A stretch of DNA of 64,000 bases from Leptogorgia sarmentosa (taxonomy: Eukaryota). Location: the NCBI GenBank assembly GCA_964658305.1, contig OZ210885.1:17608001-17672000 (forward strand), in the 5' to 3' direction. Below the pieces are notes generated by a model. That model ran no database searches, was not told the origin of the DNA, and worked only from the letters and a program-made list of their open reading frames with translations. How positions within the stretch are numbered: position 1 is the stretch's first letter; every line of letters begins with the position of its first letter. The translations under genes and the position numbers were made by a program. This document shows positions 39,200 through 51,253 of this stretch, one piece after another.

Positions 39200-39640
39200 A
39201 CCAAAGCTACCTACAGAGATTTGAACCACAGGATAAATTACTGTAAACTTAGTTTCAGTGGAGACATTGAAGTCAACCCAGGGCCTACCTTTGTTAATCC
39301 TGATAGAAGTATTCATGCTCCTTATAGTCGGGGTAATGTTGCTGTGTTTGGTGAAAATGTGTACCGCTATGGTTCAATACTACATTCAAGCGATTTAGTT
39401 AACATTATGAACGTGGGCAATAAATTATATTCCATGTTATCAAGATTATCAGGACAAAACTATTTATTACTCACAGACCTTCCCACGCTGATAACAGTAG
39501 AAGACACAAATTATTCATTTGAGTTCAGTGAGAGTTACACTGGTAACCTCCATGTACTGCATCCCTTTTGTCATGCCCTTAAATTCTGCTTTAGGGCAAT
39601 TACACCAAGAAATATTTAATTATTTTCTATTAACAATTGA
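39200..39640 (+). pseudogene. Fragment with 2A-like motif GDIEVNPGP followed by a possible peptidase C76/deubiquitinase-like remnant
   Basis: CKLSFSGDIEVNPGPT (motif at 39260-39286), then IHAPYSRGNVAVFGEN..DLVNIMNVGNKLY..YLLLTDLP. Confidence 0.5.
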
Positions 39641-39779
39641 CATGATGATCATCTTTATTGAGATAACTTTTTCACATAATGTGATTTTCAAAAAGGATCT
39701 CAGTCAAAGATACAAGAAAAAAATTATGTTACATAAGTAGCTAAAATAACAATTTAGATGAAATCTATTACATATGTTT

Positions 39780-40505
39780 ACAATCAAAACTAGTATAATT
39801 TTAAAATCTCGCCTTTAAAAATGTTAAGACTCGATGATCGCTTGATGTCCCGATTCAATAAATTGAAATCTTTAACGGCATGATACGCAGTCCTTTGTTG
39901 ACCCCATTGCCTCTTTGTACGGGGAAGTCTCACCTTGTCCTTATTTCTAGTATTATACATATGTTGATCTTCATGTTTTGACAAGTTCATATTATGATGT
40001 ATAAGTCCATTTAGACATTTATACACATAAACACATCTCCTTTGGTAGCATCTTTTTTCTAGCGACACCCACTTAAGCGTGGCTAAGGCATCCGATGCAG
40101 ATGAGTGAAGAGGTTTGTCTAATATTAGTTTAGCAGCTTTGTTTTGAAGTACCTGTAAACTACACATTAAGGTTGAGTTGTGCTTATCTCCCCACACTAA
40201 ATCAGAATAATCGAACAAAGGCATAACAATACTATTATAATAGAGGAGACGCGATTTAAATGGCAAGAAATGTTTAATGCGTTTCAGGAGACCCAGCCTT
40301 TGGTTAATCTTTGAGAAGATCTTTGTTTAACATCTCACTTAATTCCTCGGGTGATCTGTCGTAACAGTAAATCACGGTGTCATCTGCATAAAGTGACACA
40401 GAGCAAGATTCTGAAACGTTGCTCAAGTCATTAATGTAGATGAGAAATAATAGGGGTCCTAATATACTCCCTTGAGGAACCCCGTGTGTAACAGGTAATT
40501 CGCTA
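39780..40505 (-). mobile_element. 5'-truncated CR1/L2-group LINE RT fragment
   Basis: GVPQGSILGP (~40454-40483), LYADDT (~40377-40394), and C-terminal LQVLQNKAAKLI..LKW. Confidence 0.85.
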
Positions 40506-40549
40506 GACGCTAGACGTCTTGATCAGTCTTAATATTGAATTATTGATAA

Positions 40550-42155
40550 ATGAGTGATGTCGAAGTTCAAGAATCCGAAAATTCTGAATCAGAATCAACT
40601 GAAGTCAGAGAAAGTTCTGAATCCAGCTCTAAGCCAGAGAATAAAATGCCGAGTTGGTTCGACAAATTAAAAGTTGCAAGGCCTTCGGATTTGGCCAGAA
40701 AACGTAAGATCCATGCTAACCCTCCACCAGAAGGAAAGAAGCGATCACAAACTACCAGTACTACCGGCAAACGCAACTATGATCCAAAAAAAGTGTCACC
40801 ATCTAAGAGAGTCTGCGAATTTCCCGGGGAACATTTGACTGTTTCTAGTGGCAAACTTTTTTTGCAAAGCTTGCCGAGAGTCGCTTGTTTTAAAAAAGAG
40901 CGTACTAGTAAGTCATGTGAAGAGTACAAAGCACGAATGTAGCAAACAAAAGCTTCTACAAAACCAATCAAGCGAACGGGATATAGCTGATGCCCTTGCA
41001 AAACACGATGGAGAAACTCATCGTAAGGGTGAAACGTTGGACGAAGAAAGCAAGGTATATAGAGTTAAAGTGTTAATGGCTTTTATGAAAGCTGGAATTC
41101 CGTTGGAAAAGTTGGAGTGTCAAGAACTGAGAGATCTTTTGCAAGAGAATGGTTACCGACTAACAGACGCCAGGCACATGAGAGACTTAGTTCCTTTTAT
41201 TCACCAACAAGAACAGGACAATTTGAAAACAGAGTTGAAAGGGAGAGACTTGTCAATTACATTCGATGGTACTTCACAACTTGGTGAAGTTCTTGCAGTA
41301 GTTGTACGGTTTGTTTATAACTGGACCATTCAAGAACGGCTTGTTCGTCTGAAGTTCCTTACAAAAAGTATGAATGGTGAGGAACTTGCCAGAGAACTTA
41401 TCACTGTTTTGTCTAACAAACTAAGTTTGGAATCTCACCAGTTGTTAGCAGTGATGTGAGACAGCTAGTATGAATGGTGCTGCATTAAACATTGTCAAAA
41501 TTATGTATCATAACCTGCTTGATGTTGGTTGCCTTAGTCACATGCTCAGCCTTGTTGGAGAAAGATTCAAAACTCCTACTTTGAACCTTTTCATTGCTCA
41601 CTGGATTGCTTTGTTTAGTCACAGTTATAAAGTCAAAGCATTATGGAAAGAAGCAACAGGACGAGTTATGGCATCATATTCTAAAACTTGTTGGTGGAGT
41701 AGATGGGAGCTAATGAATCAAGTAATGGTCCAGTTTGCTTTTATTGAGCTTTTCCTTCAAAATAATGAAGATATTGGTGTAGTATAGTTAATATTGTATA
41801 TATGTTAATTAGTTAGATATTATAATTATGTCATAATAGCAAGTATAAAAGGCTTAGCTTTGTGCAAATCGTTTGACTAATAAACTTCCTGTAGTAGAGT
41901 ATATTATAATTGGCCCAGCTACACGAGCAAAACTGGTAGAAATCCTAAGCCACCCCCCATCAATGCTTTTACTGAAAGTAGAGTTAGCTGCTGTGATTGA
42001 CTTAGGTGAACATTTTGTGAAAGGAACTTACAGATTAGAAGGAGATGGGTACCTTGTGCTAAGTTGTTATGAGGATATTCTGAAAATCCGAAATGCTATT
42101 CGCATTGGACATTATCCAAATCCACAAGCCATTGTGAGACAGGCGTTTCCTGACA
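40550..42155 (+). pseudogene. hAT-like transposase pseudogene with zinc finger
   Basis: FCKAC..HVKSTKH zinc finger; ITFDGTS, GCLSHML, YSKTCWWSRWE. Frameshift and stop present; 3' end lost. Confidence 0.7.
41778..41908 (+). mobile_element. Solo LTR (131 bp)
   Basis: TGTAGTATA...TATATTATA with 5-bp TSD ATTGG. Internal TATAAAA and AATAAA. Removal restores NNEDIG|PATRAKL. Confidence 0.8.
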
Positions 42156-43630
42156 ACAATGAGGCTGGTTTGTCGATGCCCAAACCACTACAAACCAGAA
42201 ATCTAGCATCAAACTGGAAAAGATTCAAGCGCTCTTGGGATAACTATGCTATTGTCGCAAGACTCAATTGTTTCGAAGAAGAATTCAAAACAGCAACATT
42301 TCTTTCTTGCATCAGAGAGGACGCTATGGAGATATTTGAAGGTATGGCTTTCGCCTCGGAGGATGACCGCACAAAGCTTGACACTGTGGTAGATAAATTC
42401 AAAGACTTATGCCTGGGGGAAACAAACGAAACATACGAGAAGTTCGTCTTTAACAGCTGCCAAAAGAAAGAAGATGAAACCATAGATCAATATGTGACAG
42501 CATTGCGAACATTAGGGCAAACTTGCAATTTCGGTGCTTGTTTGCGAGATTCATTGATCGGCTGGTCATTGGAATCAACGACAACGCTATTCAAAAGAAG
42601 CTATTACAGGACCGGAAACATACATTATCAAAAGCCATCAACATCTGTCGCAGCAGTGAAACTACCAAGCGACAAGTGAAGCAAATCCAGCATAGCGAAA
42701 GTGCAATCAACGCCATTGTCAACAAAAGCGAGACCGGCATCCGCGCCGGGGGAAAAACCAGGACACACGACCTGAGGCAGTACCCTAGAACCAAGTGCAA
42801 ATATTGTGGTGGAAAACATCAAAGAGAAAAGACAACATGCCCAGCATTTGGATGCTGCTGTAGAAACTGCGGTCGTGACAACCACTTCGCCAAGGTATGT
42901 CTACAGAGCCATCACCAAGCATCAGTGCATGTTGTGTCGGAAGACAACTCAAGCGACTCAGGTGACTCTATACTATACACAGTAGAACTATCCAGTGAGA
43001 ACGAAAACGTCCTGGCTGTGCAAGAGCAGACCACCTTCCAATTGCGACTGTTTACAACGATGAAAATCAAAGGGGGAAATACCACTAAATTCAAATTAAC
43101 GCTGGGGCGACCTGTAACGAACTTAAAAAACGACCATACCATATATCGGACATATTCTTACCTCGGACAGGGTCAAAGCTGACCCAGCGAAAGTAAACGC
43201 CATCCTAGAAATGAAGCAACCTGACAACATAGCCGGAGTTCGAAGGATTTTAGGAACTGTCAATTACCTGGCCAAGTTCCTGCCCCATCTATCAGAGGTG
43301 TCTGAACCGCTACGACAACTTACAAAGAAAGAACATCATTTTGTTTGGAATGAAATGCATGACACCGCTTTTGCCAAGTGAAAAAGTTGATTACAGAGCC
43401 ACCAGTACTCAGGTACTATGAGCCAGCTAAGGACTTATTACTACAGTGTGATGCCAGTGATCACGGACTAGGAGCTGCCCTTATGCAGGAAGGAAAACTG
43501 ATCGCATTTGCCAGTCGAGCTTTAACGGACACTGAAAAATGTTACGCGCAAATTGAGAAAGAGCTCCCAGCTATAGTTTATGGCACCAGAACGCTTCCAC
43601 CAATACACCTATGGTCGACCATTTACTGTA

Positions 43631-46600
43631 CAGGGTGTATAAAAAAACGCAATCCTACGTTCAAATGCAATGTTCATAACGAAAAGAAATAGAAAATAGG
43701 CTATATTTACCCAGCCTCGTACCCAGGCGTCTAGCGCGTAATTTCGCAAGGGATTGTGGGGAGGACTCAACAAGAGAATGAGACGCCTGGCAGAAAATGA
43801 CCGATATCTGGCAAATCTTAACCGATATCTGACAAATCGCTTTTTACTAAATAATGGGGTAGTTTTGAGGTAGTTATCGCTTCTGGTTACTAAAGCAATG
43901 GATAATCTTGAGGAATCGCTGCAAGAACAACCACCTGAAGGTAATATTTCCTTAATTTAGATTTTTTCAGCGTGTAATACACGCGCCATCATGATCATAT
44001 TATTTTTGATTTTGCTTCACGCAACTCGTTCTGTTTATTACATATCTGAGTTCTTACTTTTATCTAATAATAGCATCCTCAAGTTCTGGTGAAGAAGAAC
44101 TGAACGTATCCTTCGAACAACTGGGTATTAATGGTAAAGAAAATACTGCCTTGTAATAGTCTGCCTTGTAGTTGTAATAAATAGTAACCAGAGATATACC
44201 AGGTGGGAAACGAATTCTTAGTATAAATTAATCAAAGCCCAGTAAAAAGCTTTTAAAAGAGCCATATAGTTATACAAATATAAAAATTTTATATTTGTAT
44301 ATGGCTCTTTTAAAAGCTTTTTGCTGGGCTTTGATATTTATACTAAGAATTTGTAATAAATAGCTGGGTTTCATTAGGTCACGTGAGGAGTTGAGACAAA
44401 GGCAGATGGTGGTCAAATAATGAGATTCAAATAAGATTATAATAATATTATTTTGTATATTTGACCACCATGTGCACTGAAGTGTAGCCTTGTGAAACCC
44501 ACCTATACAGTAACCCAATATCAATACTAGAAATTCAAATTAGCCAATTTGCATTTTGTTGAACCTGTAACTGCGAGCACTCCTGTAAAGGAAAGGCCAG
44601 GAAAACACCATTTGACGCCAGAATCAAAAGCTGCTGCTGAATCTAAACCCAAAAGATTTGCAGCCTCAGGTTGGTATATCTAAAATATACTGTATTGTTA
44701 TTCATAGTAGAGTTATGAAATATAACTATAAGCAAGGTATACAATACATACTGTTGTTTTAGTTTTTTGTAGATGACATAGTTATATGTAATACTATGTG
44801 TATGTCAGGGATAATTTAAAACAGGCTTTTTAAATTGTATTGTTTGATAGCATACAACTTGTCCAGCTTCCAGTGTAAGGAAAGAAGACAGAATCTGTCA
44901 GTTGACTTGGAAAGTGTGTTGGTGTATGATGAGGACTCAGATGTGTATGTTAGGCAATCAGTGCTAATGGATTTATTAGATTTGGCCGCTGAGGGAAAAA
45001 ATGTTCTCACACGAACAATTACAGCCTTATTTCCTGGTTCATCTAAGAAAAGAAAAATGATTGACCATGAATCGATGTATCCTTTTCAAAATTCATGTAT
45101 TTGTAAATTGTTACTTTTCTATGTCCAGTCAAACAAGAATGACAGTTGATAACAATTCTCACTAACTATCACTAAAATGTGAAGCTATTCAAAGTTGATA
45201 AAAACTGAGTGAAAGAGAGTTGATGAGTGGTCAAACTGTTCTTGACTTTCATTATGGTTCGACTGGGGCTTTAGACCACTGACTAACTCCAAATTAAAAC
45301 AACTACCATTACTGGATGCTATTATTCTTAACGTTAAATCAAGGGTTGCAACATAGTTTTAAACTGAACTCTGCCCTAGTTATATTATATGAAAGCAAAC
45401 TTAAAAAGCTAGAAGACCATGAAGAAAGAGAGAGTACAATGACAAAGACACAAAAAGAACAAATTACCATAGAAATGAAGGAGATGGAACAAATATGTAA
45501 TTTTGGTGTAACAGAGGGTGGTGATGTGGATGTTCTGAAGTCAGATGTGTTCTGGAATTTGTTGAACAATTTTGAATGGCCTACGCCATTTTCAAGAAAA
45601 AATAGACGCTTCGCAACACAGTCATCGTCTGGGCATAATATCTTCCCCAAACACACAGCTTCGTGGATCGGTCTCTTTTCATTACTCGTTAATTCACCGA
45701 TTTCATCATTTGCATTTATGAATATTGAACAGTCGTCCGCCATCTTGTTTGCATTTTCTGCCAGGCGCTTAATTCCTCACGACCTCCCCATGCACCCTTG
45801 CGCGCTTAGCGCGCCAACAAAAAAAGCGCCTGGGTACGAGGCTGATATTTACCACTGTTAGAAAGCTCTATCATTCCTCTTTCTTAAGACTGCTTGTTTG
45901 TTAAATTTGAGTTGGAAATGAGCGAGTAATGGTATTTTTAGTATGTGTGATTGGACAATTTAAAATTATTTTGTTACATGCAATTATCATTCAACGTGGC
46001 TGCCATTTCTCTGCACATGCAAATCACTTCGACGTTGCATGTCCCGTGCAACTCTTCATATCAGTTCATGATTTTCATGAAAGCATCTGCTTCAAGCTGT
46101 ATCTTCCTTCTCAGATCGTTGATATCTTGTGGTGGCGTGCGGAAAACTTTATCCTTAAGATATCCCCAAAGAAAGTAGTCGCATCGTGTTAAATCCGGCG
46201 ATCATGGTGGCCATTCAACTGGTAGATGTAAGGCAATCACATGCCTTTCAAAGACTTCTAACAATCTGTTACATACAGCAATTAGTTGATGAGCAGGGGC
46301 TCCATCTTGTGCCCACCAAAGCCTCAGAAAATGACCGTCTTGAAATTGGCGATTGAAAATTTCAATCATTTGCAGGGATAATGTTTTCGTTCAACATATT
46401 CAAATATGCATTCCCGTCAACATTTCGATCAAAGAAGAATGGTCCAAGGACTGAACCATTTCCGCAAATGCCCATCCAGACTGTTACTTTCGCCCCCGTG
46501 TCGCGTCTGTAATAATGAAAGTCTGGTGGTTCGCCTCTGGGAGCGTACTGGCGGACGTTGTGAGAATTAACTTCACCATTCATACAAAATGCGGCCTCAT

Positions 46601-47357
46601 CCCCAACAACGAAATTTGCTAAGAATCGATTGTTTCGTAGCTGTTGGTTGAACCATCGGCAGAATTGAAGTCGCCTATGATAATCATTGTCTTTTAACTT
46701 GTGTCGAACGTTTATTCGATAAGGATGCCATCTTAGGTCCAGACGTGTGATTTGGTTAAATGTTGCTGACGGAAGACCGAGTCTGCTTCTTCTTGAACTC
46801 ACATGTGGGTTGTTTTCAAGCTGTTGAGCGACTGCTTCAATGTTTTCTTCAGATCTTCCTGTTCTTCTTCTTCCCGAATTTCCTTTGTTTCGATTAAGAC
46901 TCGTGCCGTGCTGCTGGTATTTACGTATGTTACGCCAAACGGTCATCGAATTTGGGACGGGTCGATCTGGGAAAGCTATTCGAAACAATCTTAGAACTTC
47001 CTGAATACTTTTTGTTACAAAGTAATTCTCAACAATAAAGGTTCTTTCTGCTGTAGTGAGCTGTGGCATGACGCCTAAGACTTTAAAATTATTTAGCGAA
47101 AATATTTCAAATAAAATATTTGCATGCAATGATAACGTCCCCTTGGGAATTAAGAACGTCAAATTCGATGCATCTAAAAATGACTGCTAGTAAATCATTT
47201 ATTTTGAAGTCATAAATGGCCTAAAAAGTCACAATCGACCATTTATTGAGTAAAAAAAAGATAGGGCTAAAACATGAACTAATCGTTACGACATAGAAAT
47301 CTATATTATTTTGGTTATAAAGCCTTAAACTTGGATTTCGTTTTTTTATACACCCTG
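43631..47357 (-). mobile_element. Tc1/mariner element of maT (DD37D)-type; transposase ~47068-45990, disrupted
   Basis: TIRs CAGGGTGTATAAAAAAACG, TA TSD. Motifs GDEAAF, WAQDGAPAH, WPP*SPDLTRCDYFLWG. Confidence 0.9.
43712..45844. mobile_element. Non-autonomous Academ (AcademH-type) element
   Basis: TIRs CAGCCTCGTACCCAGGCG / CGCCTGGGTACGAGGCTG. 9-bp TSD ATATTTACC. Subterminal inverted CGCCTGGCAGAAAATG. Confidence 0.85.
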
Positions 47358-47770
47358 TAGAGTCCGATCACAAGCCCCTTGAAATCATCCATCAAAAGCC
47401 TCTTTCAGCAGCTCCTCAACGCCTCCAAAAAATGATGATGCGGTTACATCACTACGATATCACTGTCGTCTACAAGAAAGGGAAGAAAGGGACAGAAATT
47501 ATGTAGTAAATAGTCAATATTTCACAGTCACACAACCCAATGTACAAAAAACACAACTTTTAATCGAGTACCAAATCACAGGGTTTAGACCTTAAGTCAC
47601 ACTCATGCACTCATGCACGTTCGTTTTTTACCCCACGCGTGTCGCGTGTGCGTGCGTGGGTTGTTCGTTATCGACACACTCCCCTGTTTGGCTACGGAGT
47701 GGCCAAACACATACTTAACTAAAGAAACAACATCAACAATACTTAGTGTATAAATAAAGTGTGTTAGGGT

Positions 47771-50700
47771 TCAAATGTCATCATTGTCCTCTTGCGCAAT
47801 ATCCTTCATCCGTAACTCCGCCGCCTTCGCTGCATCTCTCTTCAGCCTCGCTTCAAGCTCCGGAGCATCCGGATTTAATTTCACTATATCTGATCGTTCT
47901 GTCGCCACTTCGCAGGTTAGCTCCATCGGATACAGAAGTTGCACCGGACGTTCCAAGATCGACTTTCCCGTGCGCACCTTTGCCCCTCGAATAACCCCGT
48001 CTCTCCCCACAATCAACTCGATTATTACTCCTGTCACCCATGCGCCTCGATTCCTTCGATCCGATTTGATAACAACTTCGCCCACCGCAGGTATGCCATG
48101 TCCTCCTTTCTTCTTTGCAATGTATCTTTCTCTAAGACTTCGCAGATATTCGGTGGACCATCGTTTCCAAACACTGTCCTTACATTTCTGCAAGTACTTA
48201 TATCTTTTCCGCAAGTCCTTGTCCTCTACCAGGTGATGGGAAGGTTCCAGTAACTGGTTAGGTCTCAGGAACAATAACGAATTCGGTGTCATGACCATGG
48301 ACTGAATATCTTCTTCAACATACCCCAGGGGCCTGTCATTCAACGTAGTTTCCACACTGAGCAAGACGGCCTCGAGCTCGTTCCAGGTCAAGTGACCATG
48401 ACCAATCACCTTGTAGAGGGCTGCTTTCACTAAACCGACCATTCTCTCAAACTGCCCTCCCCACCACGGGGCACGGCTCAAGTTGAACTGCCATTCTATT
48501 GCATTTCTTGCCAGGAAATCTTGCAACTGTTCGTCGCGTTGCACCCTATCTAGCCACTTGGCTGCGGCCACAAATGTCGCGCCGTTGTCCGAGTAGATAC
48601 GCTCAGGGCGTCCTCGTCTGGCGATGAAACGTTGAAGACTTTTAAGACAGTCCGCCATCTCCATGTTAGGAAGAAGATCGAGGTACACTCCATGAGTAAG
48701 GCTGCAAGCGTACAACAGTATGTACGCTTTGCCTTCCTTTCCTTTGGACTTTCGGTAACGCAGCGGCCCAGCATAGTCAATCCCGATGACTTGATAGGCA
48801 GTAGATCCTTCAGTTCGGGTCGTTGGTAGGTTTGCTGGAGGAGGTGTAGCGTAGGCGATTGCGTGAAATCTCTTGCACCCGTGACAATCTTTAATAACTC
48901 GTTTGATCAATCTCCGTAACCGAGGAATCCAATGACGTTCACGGACCTTGACCATTGTCAATCCAACTCCTCCATGAAGCGTGGATTTATGGGCATGCTC
49001 GACAAACTTTCTTGCCAGTAGTGTTGAATCGGATATATAAATTGGGTAAAAACCCTGCACTCGCCCCCTGCACTCCAGAAGACCATCTTTGTTCCTTTGT
49101 AAATTGAGCTGCAGTTGATCTTTGGCGTAAGATTCATCGACTTCTTGTTGGGCGTTCCGGACTAAAAGTTCCTCTGCATTGACTAATTCAGGAGTTGTCA
49201 GAGGGCCATAAATTCTGCTCTCTTTCGAGCATCGAGTGTTTCCGTGAAATCGTAGCACCCAGGCCATTATCCTCAAAGTTTTCCAATATCTGTACTTGGA
49301 GAGTATGTTGTTGACTAGATCGTTGTCTTCGTTCGTGGCCAAGGCGAACAGCTGCTTTGTCAACTTTACTTCGGCCCTGGATTCTACACAGTCCGTTGTC
49401 CTTTGATCCGGTGGCCATTCCTCGGGTTTGCTCAGCCAGTGGGGACCCTTCCACCACGCCTGGTTCTCTTCGTCTATCAACCCGCCACGACTAGCGATGT
49501 CAGCCGGGTTCTCTTTGCTGGGTACATATCTCCATATCACACCTTCATGCTCAAGGATTTTGTTGACACGGTTTGCCACGAACATTTTGTACTCCCCTTC
49601 CCCTCGTATCCAGTGTAATGCGACACTGCTGTCCAGCCAACCCATGAGAGATGTTACAGGAAATCCTTCCAAGGCACTTCGCACATTGTCGAGTAAGTTT
49701 ACCGCCATGTGCGCCGAGACCAGTTCCTTCCTCGGGATTGTAAGCCCTTGCTTCGCAAGACGTGCTTTCGCGCAAACCAGACCTTGATTCACATTGGTTT
49801 CCTGAGTGACCACAGCATACACAGCAGCACCAACCCCATGACCACTCGCGTCGCCGAACGCGTGTAGTTTTATTTCCTGGATGGGTTCTTGAGCCAGTGG
49901 TATAGATCTTGGAGCCTTTACTTGAGGAGGAAGACGGCCTTCCCACTTTTGCCACCGTTTGGCCAACTCGTCGGGTAGAGCTGCATCCCACTTGCACCTT
50001 TGCTCGCACGCCTCTCGATATAGCAGTTTGCCTTGGAGGACAGTTGGTGCGATGAGGCCGAGTGGATCATAGATTCGCGCTATCTTACCAAGAATAGCTC
50101 TTTTGGTGGGCACTTCTTTCTCTGGGGGAATCGTCACTCCGATCGTGTCTGCTCGTTTGTCCCACTTCAGCCCAAGGAGGTTGCCTGCTTCAAATTTGTT
50201 ACCCAATTGTTGTTTCGCAAAGCTTGCCTCCTCTGGACTGTCCGATTGCTCGTTTTGTTCTAACTCTTTGACGTTCGACTGCCATTTGTGTAAATGAAAC
50301 GATGCTTGCTTAAATATTTTGGTTGAGATTTCCTTCTTCTCACGAGCCTCTTGGAGCGATATCCCTCCGGTTACCAAATCGTCCACATACAACTCCTTCT
50401 GAATCTCCTCCGCGTGCTTGGGGTACTTTTCCTTACTTGTGTTTAGGTGATGCTGTAACACTCCTGCCAAGAGAAACGGTGACGGCCCCATGCCGAATAG
50501 TGCTCGGGTGAATCGCAGCGTGCATATGCGTTGGGGATCCTTGTCTACCAACCAATGAAATCTCATAGCATCTCGATGCTCTGAGCGAATACGCACTTGA
50601 AGAAATGCCTTGCGAATGTCTCCATTGAGTGCAACTGGGTGGAACCGTCCTCGAACAAGCACTTTAAACAGCTGATTTTGTAAGGGTGGTCCAGTGTTCA

Positions 50701-51253
50701 AGCAATCATTTAGGGAAGGTTGGGACCCCGTTTTTGAAGAGGCATCGTAAACAATCCTCAATTTCGTTGTTTCGGCCGATTCTCTGATGACAGGATGGTG
50801 AGGTAAATAAAACACAGTTCCGCTCGGTGGTTCCGGCGCAGGTTCGACCATTCCTTCTCTGAGTTGCTCTTGAATGACGTCATCGTATTCGTCAAATCGG
50901 TTAAGTTTCTTTAGACGCTGCACTAAGCTCCCTAACCGTTTCAGGCTGTTTGCTTCGTTCGAAGGTAGGGGTGGATGACCTCCCTTCCAAGGAAGGCCAG
51001 ACTTGTACCAACCTTCTTCTGGGTCACGTTGAAGCTGTTCCAGGAACTCTTCATGTACCACTTTCTGGTCTCCCACAGGAGTGTCCTGGAGACCAAGAAC
51101 GTCCATACGACAAAGCTCCTCGTAATCTGATTGGGCTGTTTGGGCGAGAAACGTGTTATCCAAATTGGTCTCGACACCCGGGGACATGATCGTCCATCCG
51201 AACTGTGTATTCTGCCACAGGGTCTCCAACTGGACCTGTTCGTTGAGGTTCAC
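47771..51253 (-). CDS. BEL/Pao RT-RNase H-integrase (frameshifted from gag at ~51205)
   Basis: YLPHHPV, YVDD, FGDAS, IDYAGP, SDNG, APWWGGQFER. Confidence 0.92.
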   Translation of the reverse strand: MNLNEQVQLETLWQNTQFGWTIMSPGVETNLDNTFLAQTAQSDYEELCRMDVLGLQDTPVGDQKVVHEEFLEQLQRDPEEGWYKSGLPWKGGHPPLPSNEANSLKRLGSLVQRLKKLNRFDEYDDVIQEQLREGMVEPAPEPPSGTVFYLPHHPVIRESAETTKLRIVYDASSKTGSQPSLNDCLNTGPPLQNQLFKVLVRGRFHPVALNGDIRKAFLQVRIRSEHRDAMRFHWLVDKDPQRICTLRFTRALFGMGPSPFLLAGVLQHHLNTSKEKYPKHAEEIQKELYVDDLVTGGISLQEAREKKEISTKIFKQASFHLHKWQSNVKELEQNEQSDSPEEASFAKQQLGNKFEAGNLLGLKWDKRADTIGVTIPPEKEVPTKRAILGKIARIYDPLGLIAPTVLQGKLLYREACEQRCKWDAALPDELAKRWQKWEGRLPPQVKAPRSIPLAQEPIQEIKLHAFGDASGHGVGAAVYAVVTQETNVNQGLVCAKARLAKQGLTIPRKELVSAHMAVNLLDNVRSALEGFPVTSLMGWLDSSVALHWIRGEGEYKMFVANRVNKILEHEGVIWRYVPSKENPADIASRGGLIDEENQAWWKGPHWLSKPEEWPPDQRTTDCVESRAEVKLTKQLFALATNEDNDLVNNILSKYRYWKTLRIMAWVLRFHGNTRCSKESRIYGPLTTPELVNAEELLVRNAQQEVDESYAKDQLQLNLQRNKDGLLECRGRVQGFYPIYISDSTLLARKFVEHAHKSTLHGGVGLTMVKVRERHWIPRLRRLIKRVIKDCHGCKRFHAIAYATPPPANLPTTRTEGSTAYQVIGIDYAGPLRYRKSKGKEGKAYILLYACSLTHGVYLDLLPNMEMADCLKSLQRFIARRGRPERIYSDNGATFVAAAKWLDRVQRDEQLQDFLARNAIEWQFNLSRAPWWGGQFERMVGLVKAALYKVIGHGHLTWNELEAVLLSVETTLNDRPLGYVEEDIQSMVMTPNSLLFLRPNQLLEPSHHLVEDKDLRKRYKYLQKCKDSVWKRWSTEYLRSLRERYIAKKKGGHGIPAVGEVVIKSDRRNRGAWVTGVIIELIVGRDGVIRGAKVRTGKSILERPVQLLYPMELTCEVATERSDIVKLNPDAPELEARLKRDAAKAAELRMKDIAQEDNDDI

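Noticed and set aside
41873..42679. Novel 268-aa fusion gene
   Set aside because: Chance open frame across a solo LTR, a hAT fragment and Gypsy gag at a deletion junction.
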